A stretch of 59,922 nucleotides of DNA, counting the filler. It is 5 parts of 5 records of this genome, joined end to end, with 100 filler letters (N's around TTAATTAATTAA, not from the genome) between each part and the next. Parts side by side here need not be neighbours in the genome. Positions count along the whole stretch, not along the records: positions 16,196 to 40,510 come from DRR723986_11167; positions 40,611 to 46,761 come from DRR723986_11177; 3 more parts are not named here. One strand, 5' to 3'. How positions within the stretch are numbered: position 1 is the stretch's first letter; each line of letters starts with the position of its first letter. The translations under genes and the position numbers were made by a program. The notes below the pieces were generated by a model. The model did no database searches and was not told where the DNA came from. It was given only the letters and a program-made list of their open reading frames with translations. Below are positions 30,585-40,736 of this stretch, piece after piece.

Positions 30585-31802
30585 TTACGACAGGGCCAGA
30601 TCCAGATCTGCAATCACATCGGGGGCCTCTTCCAATCCCACCGACAGCCTGAATATCCCGTCCCCGGCAAAGGCGCGATATGCCTCCAGCTGATCCCCTT
30701 TCAGATGGAAAGACGTGTCCATCAAACTTTCTGTTTCCATCCAAAAGATCAGGCTGCGATGATGTCCCAATGACACTGCGTAGTGCACGATCTGCAACCG
30801 ATCAATCATCTGTTGCGCGATGCGTTGGCCGGTTGCTGCATCTCCGACCTGAAAGGAAATCATGCCCGATGTATTGCGCATCTGGGTTGCGGCCAGATCC
30901 GCTTGGGGGTGTGAGGCCAGACCGGGATAGATGACCTTGGTCACTTGGGGGTGTGTTTCCAACCACTCGGCAACGGCCTGTGCCCCCTGTTGGTGGGCTT
31001 TCATGCGCAGGGGCAGCGTTGCAGCACCGCGCGCAATCAGCCACGCGTTGAATGGGGACAGAATGCCGCCGTGATGGATCGAAGCTTCGGCGCGCATGCG
31101 GGCAATCAAATCCGCGCGCCCAGCCACAGCTCCACCAACCGCATCGCCATGCCCGCCAATGTATTTGGTGATCGAATGCATGGTCAGGTCCACGCCCAAT
31201 GCAACCGTGTCCATGCCAAGGGGCGAGGCAAAAGTTGCGTCACTACTGTGCAACGCACCTGCGGCCCGCGCCAACGCAGACACCGCAGCCAGATCGGTCA
31301 AGCGGCCAATGGGGTTCACCGGCGTTTCGGTATGGATCAGCCGCGTGTTTGGTCGGATTGCGGCCGCCACGGCGCTGAGATCGGACATATTGACCGCGCT
31401 GACCTCGACCCCAAATCGGGGCAAGGTTTCGCGGGCCAACTCTGCAACTCCGGCATAGGAGACATCCGAAACAATCACATGATCCCCGGCAGACAAGAAC
31501 GTCAAAAAGATCGCAGTTGCCGCCGCCATGCCCGAGGCCGTGCACAAACAGGCTTCGGTGCCTTGTAGGGCTGCGATCTTTTTCTCCAGCATTGCAACAG
31601 TCGGATTGTCCCACCGGGCATAGAGGAACCCGTTGTCGCCCCCTTCAAGGTCGTGTGCCGAGAACCCGGCCACCTGATCTGTCACAAACGTCGATGACAT
31701 ATGCAGCGGCGGGGCAGACGCCCCGGTTGCCGGATCTGGCGCTTCTCCAGCGTGAATTGCAGTTGTCATCGGGCCCATAGGCCGGTTTTTTTGCGTCGTC
31801 AT
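30585..31802 (-). CDS. PLP-dependent trans-sulfuration enzyme (cystathionine gamma-synthase / methionine gamma-lyase family)
   Basis: YARWDNPT, ASGMAA, ETPVNP, HSITKYIGGHGD, RLSVGLE. Confidence 0.9.
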   Translation of the reverse strand: MTTQKNRPMGPMTTAIHAGEAPDPATGASAPPLHMSSTFVTDQVAGFSAHDLEGGDNGFLYARWDNPTVAMLEKKIAALQGTEACLCTASGMAAATAIFLTFLSAGDHVIVSDVSYAGVAELARETLPRFGVEVSAVNMSDLSAVAAAIRPNTRLIHTETPVNPIGRLTDLAAVSALARAAGALHSSDATFASPLGMDTVALGVDLTMHSITKYIGGHGDAVGGAVAGRADLIARMRAEASIHHGGILSPFNAWLIARGAATLPLRMKAHQQGAQAVAEWLETHPQVTKVIYPGLASHPQADLAATQMRNTSGMISFQVGDAATGQRIAQQMIDRLQIVHYAVSLGHHRSLIFWMETESLMDTSFHLKGDQLEAYRAFAGDGIFRLSVGLEEAPDVIADLDLALS

Positions 31803-31941
31803 TGCGCCCTCCCGTTTGGAACACATTGCGGGGGGCGCTCTTGTCCTGCAAGGGGCTTCACGACAGGGGTGTTCAATTTACGACCTCCCCTCTGGACCAT
31901 TCCTGTCCGCGCTCCTAGCTTGGGCTCCAAAGGAGATCTTT

Positions 31942-33957
31942 ATGACAAATCCGATCCTCGCCGACTGGCAGACCCCGTTCGAAATCGCGCCGTTTGCCGA
32001 CATCAAAGATGATGATTTCGCGCCAGCGCTGGAACAGGCGCTGACCGCCCATAAGGCCGAGATTGAAGCGATCCGAGACAACGCAGATGCCCCGACTTTT
32101 GCCAACACGATTGAGGCCGAAGAAGCCGTTGGCGAGGCGCTGAACAAGGTGTTGTCAGTGTTCTTTACCGTGGCAGGTGCAGACAGCAATCCCAAGCGCG
32201 AGGAACTGCAACGTGCGTTTTCCCCGCTTGTTGCTGCGCATTTTGCTGAAATCTCATCCGACAAGATCTTGTTTAACCGTGTCAAAGCCGTGTGGGATCA
32301 ACGCGATGCGCTGGGCCTCACACCCGAGCAGGATCGCATTTTGATGCTGGCTTATCGAAACTTTGTGCGTGCAGGCGGGGCCCTCGAAGGGGGTGATGAG
32401 CTGCGGATGAAAGAGATCAAAGGGCGTTTGGCAACTCTGGGCACTTCTTTCACCCAGAATTTGCTGGCCGACGAACGGGACTGGTTCATGGAGCTGTCCG
32501 AAGAGGATCTCGAAGGTCTGCCGCAATTCGCGATCGATGCGGCGCGCGCGGCAGGTGCAGAAAAGGGGGTGGCGGGACCCGTTGTGACGTTGTCACGATC
32601 GATCATCGTGCCGTTCCTGCAGTTTTCACCACGTCGGGATCTGAGAGAGATTGCCTATCACGCTTGGGCGGCACGCGGGGCCAATGGCGCAGAGACAGAC
32701 AACCGCGCGATTGCCGCAGAGATCCTTACCCTGCGCGAAGAACGCGCCAAACTGCTCGGGTATGCCAATTTCGCGGACTATAAGCTGGAAACAGAGATGG
32801 CCAAAGAACCCGCAAAAGTGCGGGAGCTGCTGATGGCAGTCTGGGGGCCTGCCAAAGCACAGGCCGATGCGGATGCGGATGTGCTGACCAAAATGATGCA
32901 AAGTGATGGGGTGAACGGCCCGTTGGCGGCTTGGGACTGGCGCTATTATGCGGAAAAACGGCGCAAGGCCGAGCATGATTTGGACGAGGCCGAGCTGAAA
33001 CCGTACCTGCAATTAGACCGGATGATCGAAGCCTCATTTGATTGTGCGAACCGGTTGTTCGGGTTGGAGTTCAGCCCGCTCGATATTCCGCTCTATCATG
33101 AAGATTGCCGGGCGTGGGACGTGACCCGCAATGGCAAACATATCGCAGTGTTCATTGGCGACTACTTTGCGCGGGGGTCCAAACGGTCGGGGGCGTGGTG
33201 CAGTGCAATGCGCGCGCAGGCCAAATTTCCCAAAGTGCAGTCCCCGATTGTGATCAACGTGTGTAACTTTGCAAAAGGCGATCCCGCATTATTGTCCTAT
33301 GATGATGCGCGCACCCTGTTTCATGAATTCGGGCACGCGCTGCATCAGATACTTTCTGATGTGACGTATGAGAGCATTTCTGGAACTTCGGTCGCGCGGG
33401 ACTTTGTGGAATTGCCCAGTCAATTGTACGAACATTGGCTCGAAGTGCCCGAAGTTTTGGCCAAATTCGCGACCCATGCCGAAACAGGCGAAACCATGCC
33501 CAAGGCAATGTTGGACAAAGTGTTGAAAGCAGCGAATTTCGATATGGGCTTTCAAACGGTTGAATACGTGGCCTCTGCTTTGGTTGATTTGGCTTTTCAC
33601 GATGGGGATGCTCCAGCTGATCCAATGGCGAAACAAGCCGAGGTTCTGTCAGAGATTGGGATGCCCGATGCAATTGGCATGCGCCATGCAACGCCGCATT
33701 TTGCGCATGTTTTTGCAGGCGATGGATATAGCTCTGGGTATTACAGTTACATGTGGTCCGAAGTAATGGATGCAGATGCGTTTGCTGCATTTGAAGAAAC
33801 GGGTGACGCCTTTGATCCAGAACGCGCGCAAGCTTTGGAAGAACACATTCTCTCGACTGGCGGTTCACAGGACGCAGAAGCATTGTTTTTGGCGTTCCGA
33901 GGGCGTTTGCCCGGGGTCGAGGCCCTGCTCAAAGGGCGGGGGTTAACTCCGGCCTGA
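31942..33957 (+). CDS. dcp: M3-family metallopeptidase (peptidyl-dipeptidase Dcp-like)
   Basis: HEFGH zinc motif, DFVELPSQ, GYYSYMWS; start ATG at 31942 with RBS AGGAG. Confidence 0.9.
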   Translation: MTNPILADWQTPFEIAPFADIKDDDFAPALEQALTAHKAEIEAIRDNADAPTFANTIEAEEAVGEALNKVLSVFFTVAGADSNPKREELQRAFSPLVAAHFAEISSDKILFNRVKAVWDQRDALGLTPEQDRILMLAYRNFVRAGGALEGGDELRMKEIKGRLATLGTSFTQNLLADERDWFMELSEEDLEGLPQFAIDAARAAGAEKGVAGPVVTLSRSIIVPFLQFSPRRDLREIAYHAWAARGANGAETDNRAIAAEILTLREERAKLLGYANFADYKLETEMAKEPAKVRELLMAVWGPAKAQADADADVLTKMMQSDGVNGPLAAWDWRYYAEKRRKAEHDLDEAELKPYLQLDRMIEASFDCANRLFGLEFSPLDIPLYHEDCRAWDVTRNGKHIAVFIGDYFARGSKRSGAWCSAMRAQAKFPKVQSPIVINVCNFAKGDPALLSYDDARTLFHEFGHALHQILSDVTYESISGTSVARDFVELPSQLYEHWLEVPEVLAKFATHAETGETMPKAMLDKVLKAANFDMGFQTVEYVASALVDLAFHDGDAPADPMAKQAEVLSEIGMPDAIGMRHATPHFAHVFAGDGYSSGYYSYMWSEVMDADAFAAFEETGDAFDPERAQALEEHILSTGGSQDAEALFLAFRGRLPGVEALLKGRGLTPA

Positions 33958-33984
33958 ACGATGTTTGCCACGGCGTAATCCTGC

Positions 33985-34018
33985 AACACCCCATGACTGT
34001 ATGTCGTGGGGTGTTTTT
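33985..34018 (+). terminator. Intrinsic terminator after dcp
   Basis: AACACCCCATGAC-TGTAT-GTCGTGGGGTGTT followed by T-run. Confidence 0.8.
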
Positions 34019-34093
34019 GTTTTCTTGCACTGCTCGTGAACTGTGATTCAATGAATTAAAAAACAATTAAAATTGAGTAGAGGGCAGGCAAAA

Positions 34094-34891
34094 ATGAATA
34101 ATATGACGCTTATTGCAGAAGAAGACATTGCTCAGGGTGGGTATGATCCCGTTCTGGATATGTATGTTGAATTAATGGCGAATTGTTTAACTGACATGAT
34201 CTATGGCGGTGAGCGCCCCATTATTCGACGCGGTCAGAAAGTTAAATTTGACGCCGGAAAGCGCGCAGCCGGCCGGGATTGGCCTGTTGTTGGCCATTCG
34301 ATGGCTGGTCTGAAACGCTTGGCGAATTGCGCGTATCTGACGGATCGTGTCCTGATGGACAACATTCCTGGTGACATCATCGAAACCGGTGTCTGGAAGG
34401 GCGGGGCCTCGGCGATGATGCGCGGTGTTCTTAAGGCGCGTGGTATCACGGATCGCAAGGTGTATCTGGCGGACAGCTTTGAGGGTCTACCGCCCCCAAA
34501 CGAAGAAGATTTCCCAGCAGATTCCGGCAGCCGCTTTCATACCCGTGGTCGTTTGCGGGTTGGCACGGACATGGTGCGCAAGACGTTCGAAGCCTACAAC
34601 CTGATGGATGATCAGGTCGAATTCATCGTTGGCTGGTTCAAAGATACCCTGCACAAGCTAGAGGTTGAACAGTTTGCGCTCGTTCGTTTGGACGGGGATA
34701 TGTATGAATCCACAATTCAGGCCATCGAAGCACTGTATCCGAAATTGTCGACCGGCGGTTTCTTGATTGTCGACGATTACGGCGGAATCGAAGCCTGCCG
34801 GACGGCGATCCATGATTACCGCGACGCGCATGGGATCACGGATCAGATTCACAAGATCGACCACACAGGGGTTTGGTGGCGTAAAAGTTAA
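34094..34891 (+). CDS. TylF/MycF (macrocin) O-methyltransferase family
   Basis: GRDWP, IETGVWKGG, DSFEGLP, GWFKDTL, RLDGDMYEST, DDY. Confidence 0.9.
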   Translation: MNNMTLIAEEDIAQGGYDPVLDMYVELMANCLTDMIYGGERPIIRRGQKVKFDAGKRAAGRDWPVVGHSMAGLKRLANCAYLTDRVLMDNIPGDIIETGVWKGGASAMMRGVLKARGITDRKVYLADSFEGLPPPNEEDFPADSGSRFHTRGRLRVGTDMVRKTFEAYNLMDDQVEFIVGWFKDTLHKLEVEQFALVRLDGDMYESTIQAIEALYPKLSTGGFLIVDDYGGIEACRTAIHDYRDAHGITDQIHKIDHTGVWWRKS

Positions 34892-34915
34892 TCCACAATT
34901 CTGTGAGTGAAAAAC

Positions 34916-34943
34916 AAAGGGCATTTCGTTGAGGTGCCCTTTT
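34916..34943. terminator. Bidirectional terminator between convergent genes
   Basis: AAAGGGCATTTC...GAGGTGCCCTTT with A/T tails. Confidence 0.65.
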
Positions 34944-34949
34944 CCTGTT

Positions 34950-35882
34950 TCAGTACCCTAAGGCGCGATCCACAATGTGTAGCAGCGGCTGGCCGGCCTC
35001 GGCTCGCCGGATGTTGTCGGCAACAATTTGACTGGCGGTCGTTGGACGGGTTTCTGATGCGATGTGAGGGGTGACCGTCACATTTGGATGCGCCCAATAA
35101 GGGTCTTCGATGGGCAGGGGTTCGACGCGGAACACATCTAGGGTGGCATGGGCGATCTGCCCGGACTCGAGTGCGGTTAACAGATCATGATCATTGATCA
35201 AGGGCCCCCGTCCGGGATTGATGACACGGGCCCCCTTGGGCATCAATGCCAACGTTTCAGCCCGCAGAGTGTTTTCAGTCGCTTGGGTGTTGGGAAGCAG
35301 CAGGATGAGGATCTCTGCGGTTTCCAAAGCTGCTGTAAGACCTGCGGGACCATGTAAGCACTGGACGCCATCCACGGTTTTGGCTGAGCGGCTCCACCCG
35401 GTTACATCAAACCCCAATCCAACAAGAGCTTGCGAAACTGCTGCGCCCAAGGCACCAAGCCCCAGAACGGTGACCTTGCGATCTTCTGCGAGCGGGGGGA
35501 TATCCTTGCGCCAAACGCCGTCTTGGCCATTGATGTGCACGTCGATGCCAAGATGGTATCGCAGGGTATGTCCGGTCACCCACTCCACCATGCCTTGGGT
35601 CAAGCCGTGGTCCACCATGCGGGTGAGGGGGACAGTCAGGGTCGTATTCCCAACCACATCTTCGACGCCAGCCCACAGGTTAAGAACGGCCTTTAGGCGG
35701 GTGTAGGGTGTGAAATCCTGCACGTCACTGTTTGGGGCGTAAACGATGTAATCAACGTCAGCCGGGGCGAAATCTGTCCGCAGATCAAACGTGAGCCCGG
35801 CGGCGGTTAACGCCTCGGTCAACGGCGCTTGATAGGTGGTCCAGCGTTCTGCCTTGGCGGCAAACAGGATGTTGATCGTCAT
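34950..35882 (-). CDS. ghrA: Glyoxylate/hydroxypyruvate reductase A (2-hydroxyacid dehydrogenase)
   Basis: LGLGALG, INPGRG, LDVF, TPHIAS. Confidence 0.8.
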   Translation of the reverse strand: MTINILFAAKAERWTTYQAPLTEALTAAGLTFDLRTDFAPADVDYIVYAPNSDVQDFTPYTRLKAVLNLWAGVEDVVGNTTLTVPLTRMVDHGLTQGMVEWVTGHTLRYHLGIDVHINGQDGVWRKDIPPLAEDRKVTVLGLGALGAAVSQALVGLGFDVTGWSRSAKTVDGVQCLHGPAGLTAALETAEILILLLPNTQATENTLRAETLALMPKGARVINPGRGPLINDHDLLTALESGQIAHATLDVFRVEPLPIEDPYWAHPNVTVTPHIASETRPTTASQIVADNIRRAEAGQPLLHIVDRALGY

Positions 35883-37030
35883 CTGGGGGCTCCTCGAGGG
35901 CGATGAATGTGGGCGCTTTGAACCAAGCCAAACGCGAGCATCAAAACCAGCATGGCGGACCCGCCATAGCTGACCATTGGCAGCGGAACACCAACAACCG
36001 GGGCCAACCCCATGACCATCGACATGTTGACGGCAAAGAACAGAAAGAAATTGATCGAAACACCCAGCGTGACTAGCGAGGAAAACCGATCCTTAGTGGC
36101 GATGGCAGTCGCGATGCAAAACACGATGATCAGGGTATAGAGGCCAAGCAGAGAGAAACCGCCGACAAAACCGAACTCTTCGGCCAAGGTGGTAAAGATG
36201 AAATCGGTGTGCTTTTCGGGTAGAAAATTCAGCCTGGATTGGGTGCCTTGCATGAACCCCCGCCCTGTCCACCCACCAGAGCCCAAGGCGATTTTGGACT
36301 GTGTGATGTGATAGCCCGCGCCCAAGGGGTCGGACGAGGGGTCTAGAAAGGTATCAATCCGGCGGTATTGATAGTTTTTGAGCAGCTGCCATTCCGTACC
36401 ACGCCCTTGGAATACGGCGGTGATCAGACCAACCCCGGCAGCAATCACGGCGGCAAAATAGGCCCAGTGGACGCCAGCAAGGAACATCAATCCCCCCCCG
36501 GCCAGCAACAACAGGATCGAGGTGCCAAGGTCGGGTTGCCGCAGGACCATAAAAGTCGGAAGCAAGATGATGATCACAGGCACCAAGACCCACATCGGAC
36601 GCGAGGTTTTGGTGCCGGGGAGCCAGTCGTAATAGGCCGCCAGCACCATGATCAGGGTGATCTTCATCAACTCAGAGGGCTGCAGACGCATAAAGCCGAT
36701 GTCGATCCAGCGTTGCGCCCCCATGCCGACCGTTCCGAACAGTTCAACGGCAAGCAACAGCAGGACAGAAACCACATAGGCCAATACCGACATGTTCCGC
36801 CAGAACCAGATCGGGACCAATGCGACGACGGTCATCACGCACAAGCCCAATACAAACCGCTTCATTTGTGGTTCCGCCCAAGGGGTGAATGACCCACCTG
36901 CGACGGAGTAGAGCATCAGAAATCCAACGCTGGCCACGCTGATCAGCAGCAGCGTCAGGGGCCAGTTCATATACAGGATCTTGCGCAGGCCTGTTGGCGT
37001 GGATTTGACGGAATACTCAAGATAGCTCAT
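35879..37030 (-). CDS. rodA: Rod shape-determining protein RodA
   Basis: GAQRW, QPSE, QPDLGT, PEKHTDF, SYGGS. Confidence 0.96.
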   Translation of the reverse strand: MSYLEYSVKSTPTGLRKILYMNWPLTLLLISVASVGFLMLYSVAGGSFTPWAEPQMKRFVLGLCVMTVVALVPIWFWRNMSVLAYVVSVLLLLAVELFGTVGMGAQRWIDIGFMRLQPSELMKITLIMVLAAYYDWLPGTKTSRPMWVLVPVIIILLPTFMVLRQPDLGTSILLLLAGGGLMFLAGVHWAYFAAVIAAGVGLITAVFQGRGTEWQLLKNYQYRRIDTFLDPSSDPLGAGYHITQSKIALGSGGWTGRGFMQGTQSRLNFLPEKHTDFIFTTLAEEFGFVGGFSLLGLYTLIIVFCIATAIATKDRFSSLVTLGVSINFFLFFAVNMSMVMGLAPVVGVPLPMVSYGGSAMLVLMLAFGLVQSAHIHRPRGAPR

Positions 37031-38973
37031 GCGCGATCTTTACCATCTGGGCGCGCTTTGGGGCGACGTCCGCCCTGCAATCTCTCTTGCTGCGCCTTTA
37101 TGCGGCTGCGGTCTTTCTTGGGGTAGGCCTCGAGCGGTGGTTGCCCGTTATAAAGCGCCTGCAACATAACATCGCGCGCAATAGGGGCCGCCGCCTTTGA
37201 TCCGCCGCCGCCATGTTCAACCACCACGGATACGGCGTATTTCGGGTTGTCGTAGGGTGCAAAGCCGACAAACAACGCATGGTCACGGCGTTCCCATGGT
37301 AAGTCTTTGTTGCGGATAACACCGGCGGCCCGTTCCGCGGCGGTAATGTTGCGGACCTGGCTGGTTCCCGTTTTCCCTGCCATGCGAAAGGCATCGGCGA
37401 TGATGCGGGATCCATAGGCCGTGCCGCGCCGCTCATTGCTGACCGCATACATGCCGCGCCGCAGTCTGCGCAGGTTGTTTTCGTTGATGTCCATGACCTC
37501 ACCCGCACCGGTGGGTTGTTCAACACCGTTGGCGGATTTGACAAGGCGCGGCGACACGCTGCGACCCGTGGCTATGCGGGCGGTCATCACAGCAAGCTGC
37601 ATTGGCGAGGCCAGCATGAACCCCTGGCCGATTGAGGCATTTGCCGTGTCACCCACAAGCCAGTCTTGTCCGCGAACGCGTGATTTCCAATCCCGGTTGG
37701 GGGCAAGGCCGCTGGCCACGGCAGACATCGGGATGTCGTGTTTTACTCCAAGGCCGAATTTTTGCGCCATTGCGGAAATCTTATCGATACCGACCTTCAA
37801 CGCCATTTCGTAATAATAGACGTCGCAGCTCTGCTTGAGTGAGTTCAGTAAATCCACATGCCCGTGACCGCCGCGCCGCCAGCAATGGAACTTGCGGCTG
37901 CCAACTTCGAGATAGCCGGGGCAATACACGGTATCGTCAGGTCCGGTAACGCCTGCCTCAAGCGCCGCCAGCGCGGTTATCATCTTGAAGGTCGAACCGG
38001 GCGGATAGGTGCCCTGTACGGTTTTGTTGGCCAGTGGGCGATAGGTGTTTTCCGTCAGCCCGCGATAATCGGCCAACGAAATGCCCCGCACAAACAAATT
38101 GGGATCAAACGAAGGGGCAGAAGCGATCGCCCTTAGATCTCCGGTTTCGCAATCAACGATAACGGCTGCCGCGCTTTCGTTGCCAAGCCGCGCCTGCACG
38201 TATTCCTGCAGATCCGCATCAACGGTAAGCTGCAGATCGGCGCCTTGCTGACCTTCGCGTCGGTCCAGCTCGCGCATGACGCGGCCTGTTGCGTTGACCT
38301 CGACACGTTTGGCGCCGGCTTTGCCCCGCAACAGATCTTCGCGCTTGGCTTCCAGACCGACTTTGCCGATTTGAAAGCGAGGGATCCGTAACACGGGTTC
38401 AGGGTCGGTGATTTGGCTGAGATCATAGTCACTGACCGGGCCCACATATCCAATCACATGGGCGAAATCATCGCCTTGTGGGTAAACGCGGGTTAGACCC
38501 ACCTCGGGGGTGATGCCGGGCAATGCCGGGGCGTTCACCGCCACTTTGGAGATATCTTCCCAAGTAATCCGATCTGCTAGTGTGACGGGCAAAAACGGAG
38601 CTGATCGTCGCATTTCAGTGCGGGCGCGGGCCAGCTCCTCTTCTGTGAGGGGGATCAGACGGGTCAGGTTTTCAATGACTTTTTCGACGTCGCCCGCATC
38701 TTCGCGTACGATTATGACCCGATAGGACGGAATGTTTTGACCGATAATCTTGCCGTTGCGATCATAGATTTCACCTCGCGTGGGCGGGATCAGTCGGATG
38801 TTGATCCGGTTTTCCTCGGCAAGCAGACGGAATTGGTCGGCCTGATCGACCTGCATATAGCGCATGCGCATCGCCAGACCCCCGACAAAGGCGGCCTGAA
38901 TGCCCCCCACCAGCAAGGTGCGACGGCTTAGCTTTTTGTGTGTGGCTTCTAATTCACGAGGATTGCGTTTCAT
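37027..38973 (-). CDS. mrdA: Penicillin-binding protein 2
   Basis: PGSTFK, SCD and KTG catalytic motifs; operon context. Confidence 0.96.
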   Translation of the reverse strand: MKRNPRELEATHKKLSRRTLLVGGIQAAFVGGLAMRMRYMQVDQADQFRLLAEENRINIRLIPPTRGEIYDRNGKIIGQNIPSYRVIIVREDAGDVEKVIENLTRLIPLTEEELARARTEMRRSAPFLPVTLADRITWEDISKVAVNAPALPGITPEVGLTRVYPQGDDFAHVIGYVGPVSDYDLSQITDPEPVLRIPRFQIGKVGLEAKREDLLRGKAGAKRVEVNATGRVMRELDRREGQQGADLQLTVDADLQEYVQARLGNESAAAVIVDCETGDLRAIASAPSFDPNLFVRGISLADYRGLTENTYRPLANKTVQGTYPPGSTFKMITALAALEAGVTGPDDTVYCPGYLEVGSRKFHCWRRGGHGHVDLLNSLKQSCDVYYYEMALKVGIDKISAMAQKFGLGVKHDIPMSAVASGLAPNRDWKSRVRGQDWLVGDTANASIGQGFMLASPMQLAVMTARIATGRSVSPRLVKSANGVEQPTGAGEVMDINENNLRRLRRGMYAVSNERRGTAYGSRIIADAFRMAGKTGTSQVRNITAAERAAGVIRNKDLPWERRDHALFVGFAPYDNPKYAVSVVVEHGGGGSKAAAPIARDVMLQALYNGQPPLEAYPKKDRSRIKAQQERLQGGRRPKARPDGKDRA

Positions 38974-39509
38974 GCGCGCGCTCCTAAGACGTCGGCATCA
39001 GCCGGGGTAAGTTTGCGCACCCCCATCAAGGTTTGGCTGAAAAGGGCCACTAAAGGATAAGCAATAATCGTCAACAAAAGCTGCGAGAACACCAGCCAGA
39101 GCGAGGCCAAATCGACGGCTGTGATGCCAAGGATGAGGCGATTGAATACGGCCATCGCTATCAAGACCAACCCAACCGAGGCCCATTCGCCTAAAAAGCT
39201 GACTTCGCCTTGGCCCGATACGCGGTTTTTCAGAAAAGCGCTGCCGGCAACCACCAAAGCGGCCCATAATCCCGGTGGGCGCTGTAGCAACAGGTCGGTC
39301 ATAAGAAGGGCGGCAGCAATGCTCAGCAGGGGCACATAGTCCGGGCGGCGCAACATCCAAGCAAAGGTGATCGCGACCAAGAGGTCGGGCGGCGCCCACC
39401 CGCGCGGCAAGGTTTCAAGTGGCAGAAGTTGGAAAAAGAGCAGAGTCATTGCCAACCCGAGATAGACAAATCGCATCCACCACACACGAGACAGCCAAAG
39501 ATTATCCAT
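38970..39509 (-). CDS. mreD: Rod shape-determining protein MreD
   Basis: Hydrophobic; lies between mreC and mrdA. Confidence 0.88.
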   Translation of the reverse strand: MDNLWLSRVWWMRFVYLGLAMTLLFFQLLPLETLPRGWAPPDLLVAITFAWMLRRPDYVPLLSIAAALLMTDLLLQRPPGLWAALVVAGSAFLKNRVSGQGEVSFLGEWASVGLVLIAMAVFNRLILGITAVDLASLWLVFSQLLLTIIAYPLVALFSQTLMGVRKLTPADADVLGARA

Positions 39510-40410
39510 CTCCAGCCTCCGTCGGCGGGTCGAGCGTCAGATCAATTGGCCCATCTGGCGTCACGATTGTTCCGGGGTCGGATACGGATTCAATGCCATG
39601 ATGACGCAGCACGCGCAGAAATTCGAGCCGCTCATAGTCGGCCGATAAACGCACCCGCATGCGGCCAGACGGATCTGCGGCGACCTGACCAATCAGCAAC
39701 CCGGCAGGGAAAACTCCACCATCGCCCGAGCTGATCACTCGGTCACCGGGACGGACCAGATCAGGGTTCTCCAGAAAATCAATAATGGGCGCGATGGTGT
39801 TGTCGCCTGCGATCAGTGCGGTTTGTCCAGATGGTTGGATCGTCGCGGGGACAGAGCTGGCGGCATCCGTCAACAGGATGACGCGGGCGGTGTTGCGACC
39901 GGTTCCTGAAATACGCCCAACCAGACCGATGCCATCGACGGCGGCCCAGCCATCAACGATGCCATCGCGCGCGCCCACGTTCAGCAAAACGGATTGCCGA
40001 AACGGAGAGCCACTGTCGGCCATCACAACACCAGTGATGTAAGTCAGGCGCGGGTCCAAGCGCACGTTATTGAGATCCAGCAGGCGGGCATTTTCCTGCT
40101 CAAGCTGCAGAGCCGCCTCTTTCCAAGCCCGCATTTGGCGCAATTCACTGCGCAACTCGCGGTTTTGCTTGCTGAGACGCTGATAGCTTTGAAAATCACG
40201 GAGCAGGTTGATAGCTCCGGTTACGGGCACCATGGCCCAGTTCATCGACGGCACAACCTGATCGGTCACTTGCGACCGAAACCGTTCAACACGCGGGCTA
40301 TCAATGCGCCAGACAAGGAAGATGCCCAACAGACACAACAGGATAACGCCCAGCAACAGGCGGCGCAGGGGGGCGGCATAATCCTCACGTTGTGATCGGT
40401 CGTTGGCCAC
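39502..40410 (-). CDS. mreC: Rod shape-determining protein MreC
   Basis: TM plus coiled coil ENARL; SSGDGGVFPAG. Confidence 0.93.
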   Translation of the reverse strand: MANDRSQREDYAAPLRRLLLGVILLCLLGIFLVWRIDSPRVERFRSQVTDQVVPSMNWAMVPVTGAINLLRDFQSYQRLSKQNRELRSELRQMRAWKEAALQLEQENARLLDLNNVRLDPRLTYITGVVMADSGSPFRQSVLLNVGARDGIVDGWAAVDGIGLVGRISGTGRNTARVILLTDAASSVPATIQPSGQTALIAGDNTIAPIIDFLENPDLVRPGDRVISSGDGGVFPAGLLIGQVAADPSGRMRVRLSADYERLEFLRVLRHHGIESVSDPGTIVTPDGPIDLTLDPPTEAGDG

Positions 40411-40484
40411 GCGGGTCCTTTCGTCAAACGGGTCTAGGCACGCAGGTGCCTATGTTTTGACCAGGTGCTCTAAAATTGCGTGCC

Positions 40485-40510
40485 TTAGCTGTCGTAGTCA
40501 ATCGCGTGGC
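40485..40510 (-). CDS. mreB: MreB extreme C-terminus (rest cut by gap)
   Basis: Reads HAIDYDS*; immediately upstream of mreC. Confidence 0.7.
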
Positions 40511-40610
40511 NNNNNNNNNNNNNNNNNNNNNNNNNNNNNNNNNNNNNNNNNNNNTTAATTAATTAANNNNNNNNNNNNNNNNNNNNNNNNNNNNNNNNNN
40601 NNNNNNNNNN
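40511..40610. other. Artificial contig linker
   Basis: N-run, TTAATTAATTAA, N-run. Confidence 0.98.
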
Positions 40611-40733
40611 CTCAGTCATATCGGTCAGCGAGGCTTTGCCCGTCACCACCAGTTGCAGATCATGACGCGCGTCCTGATCAAGGCCAAGCTGACGACAGCC
40701 CACATGGATTTTGCGGATCAAAGCGCGGGTCAT
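40611..40733 (-). CDS. gemA: GemA (Mu gp16/DUF1018) N-terminus, cut by gap
   Basis: Manual translation MTRALIRKIHVGCRQLGLDQDARHDLQLVVTGKASLTDMTE. Confidence 0.8.
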
Positions 40734-40736
40734 CCT

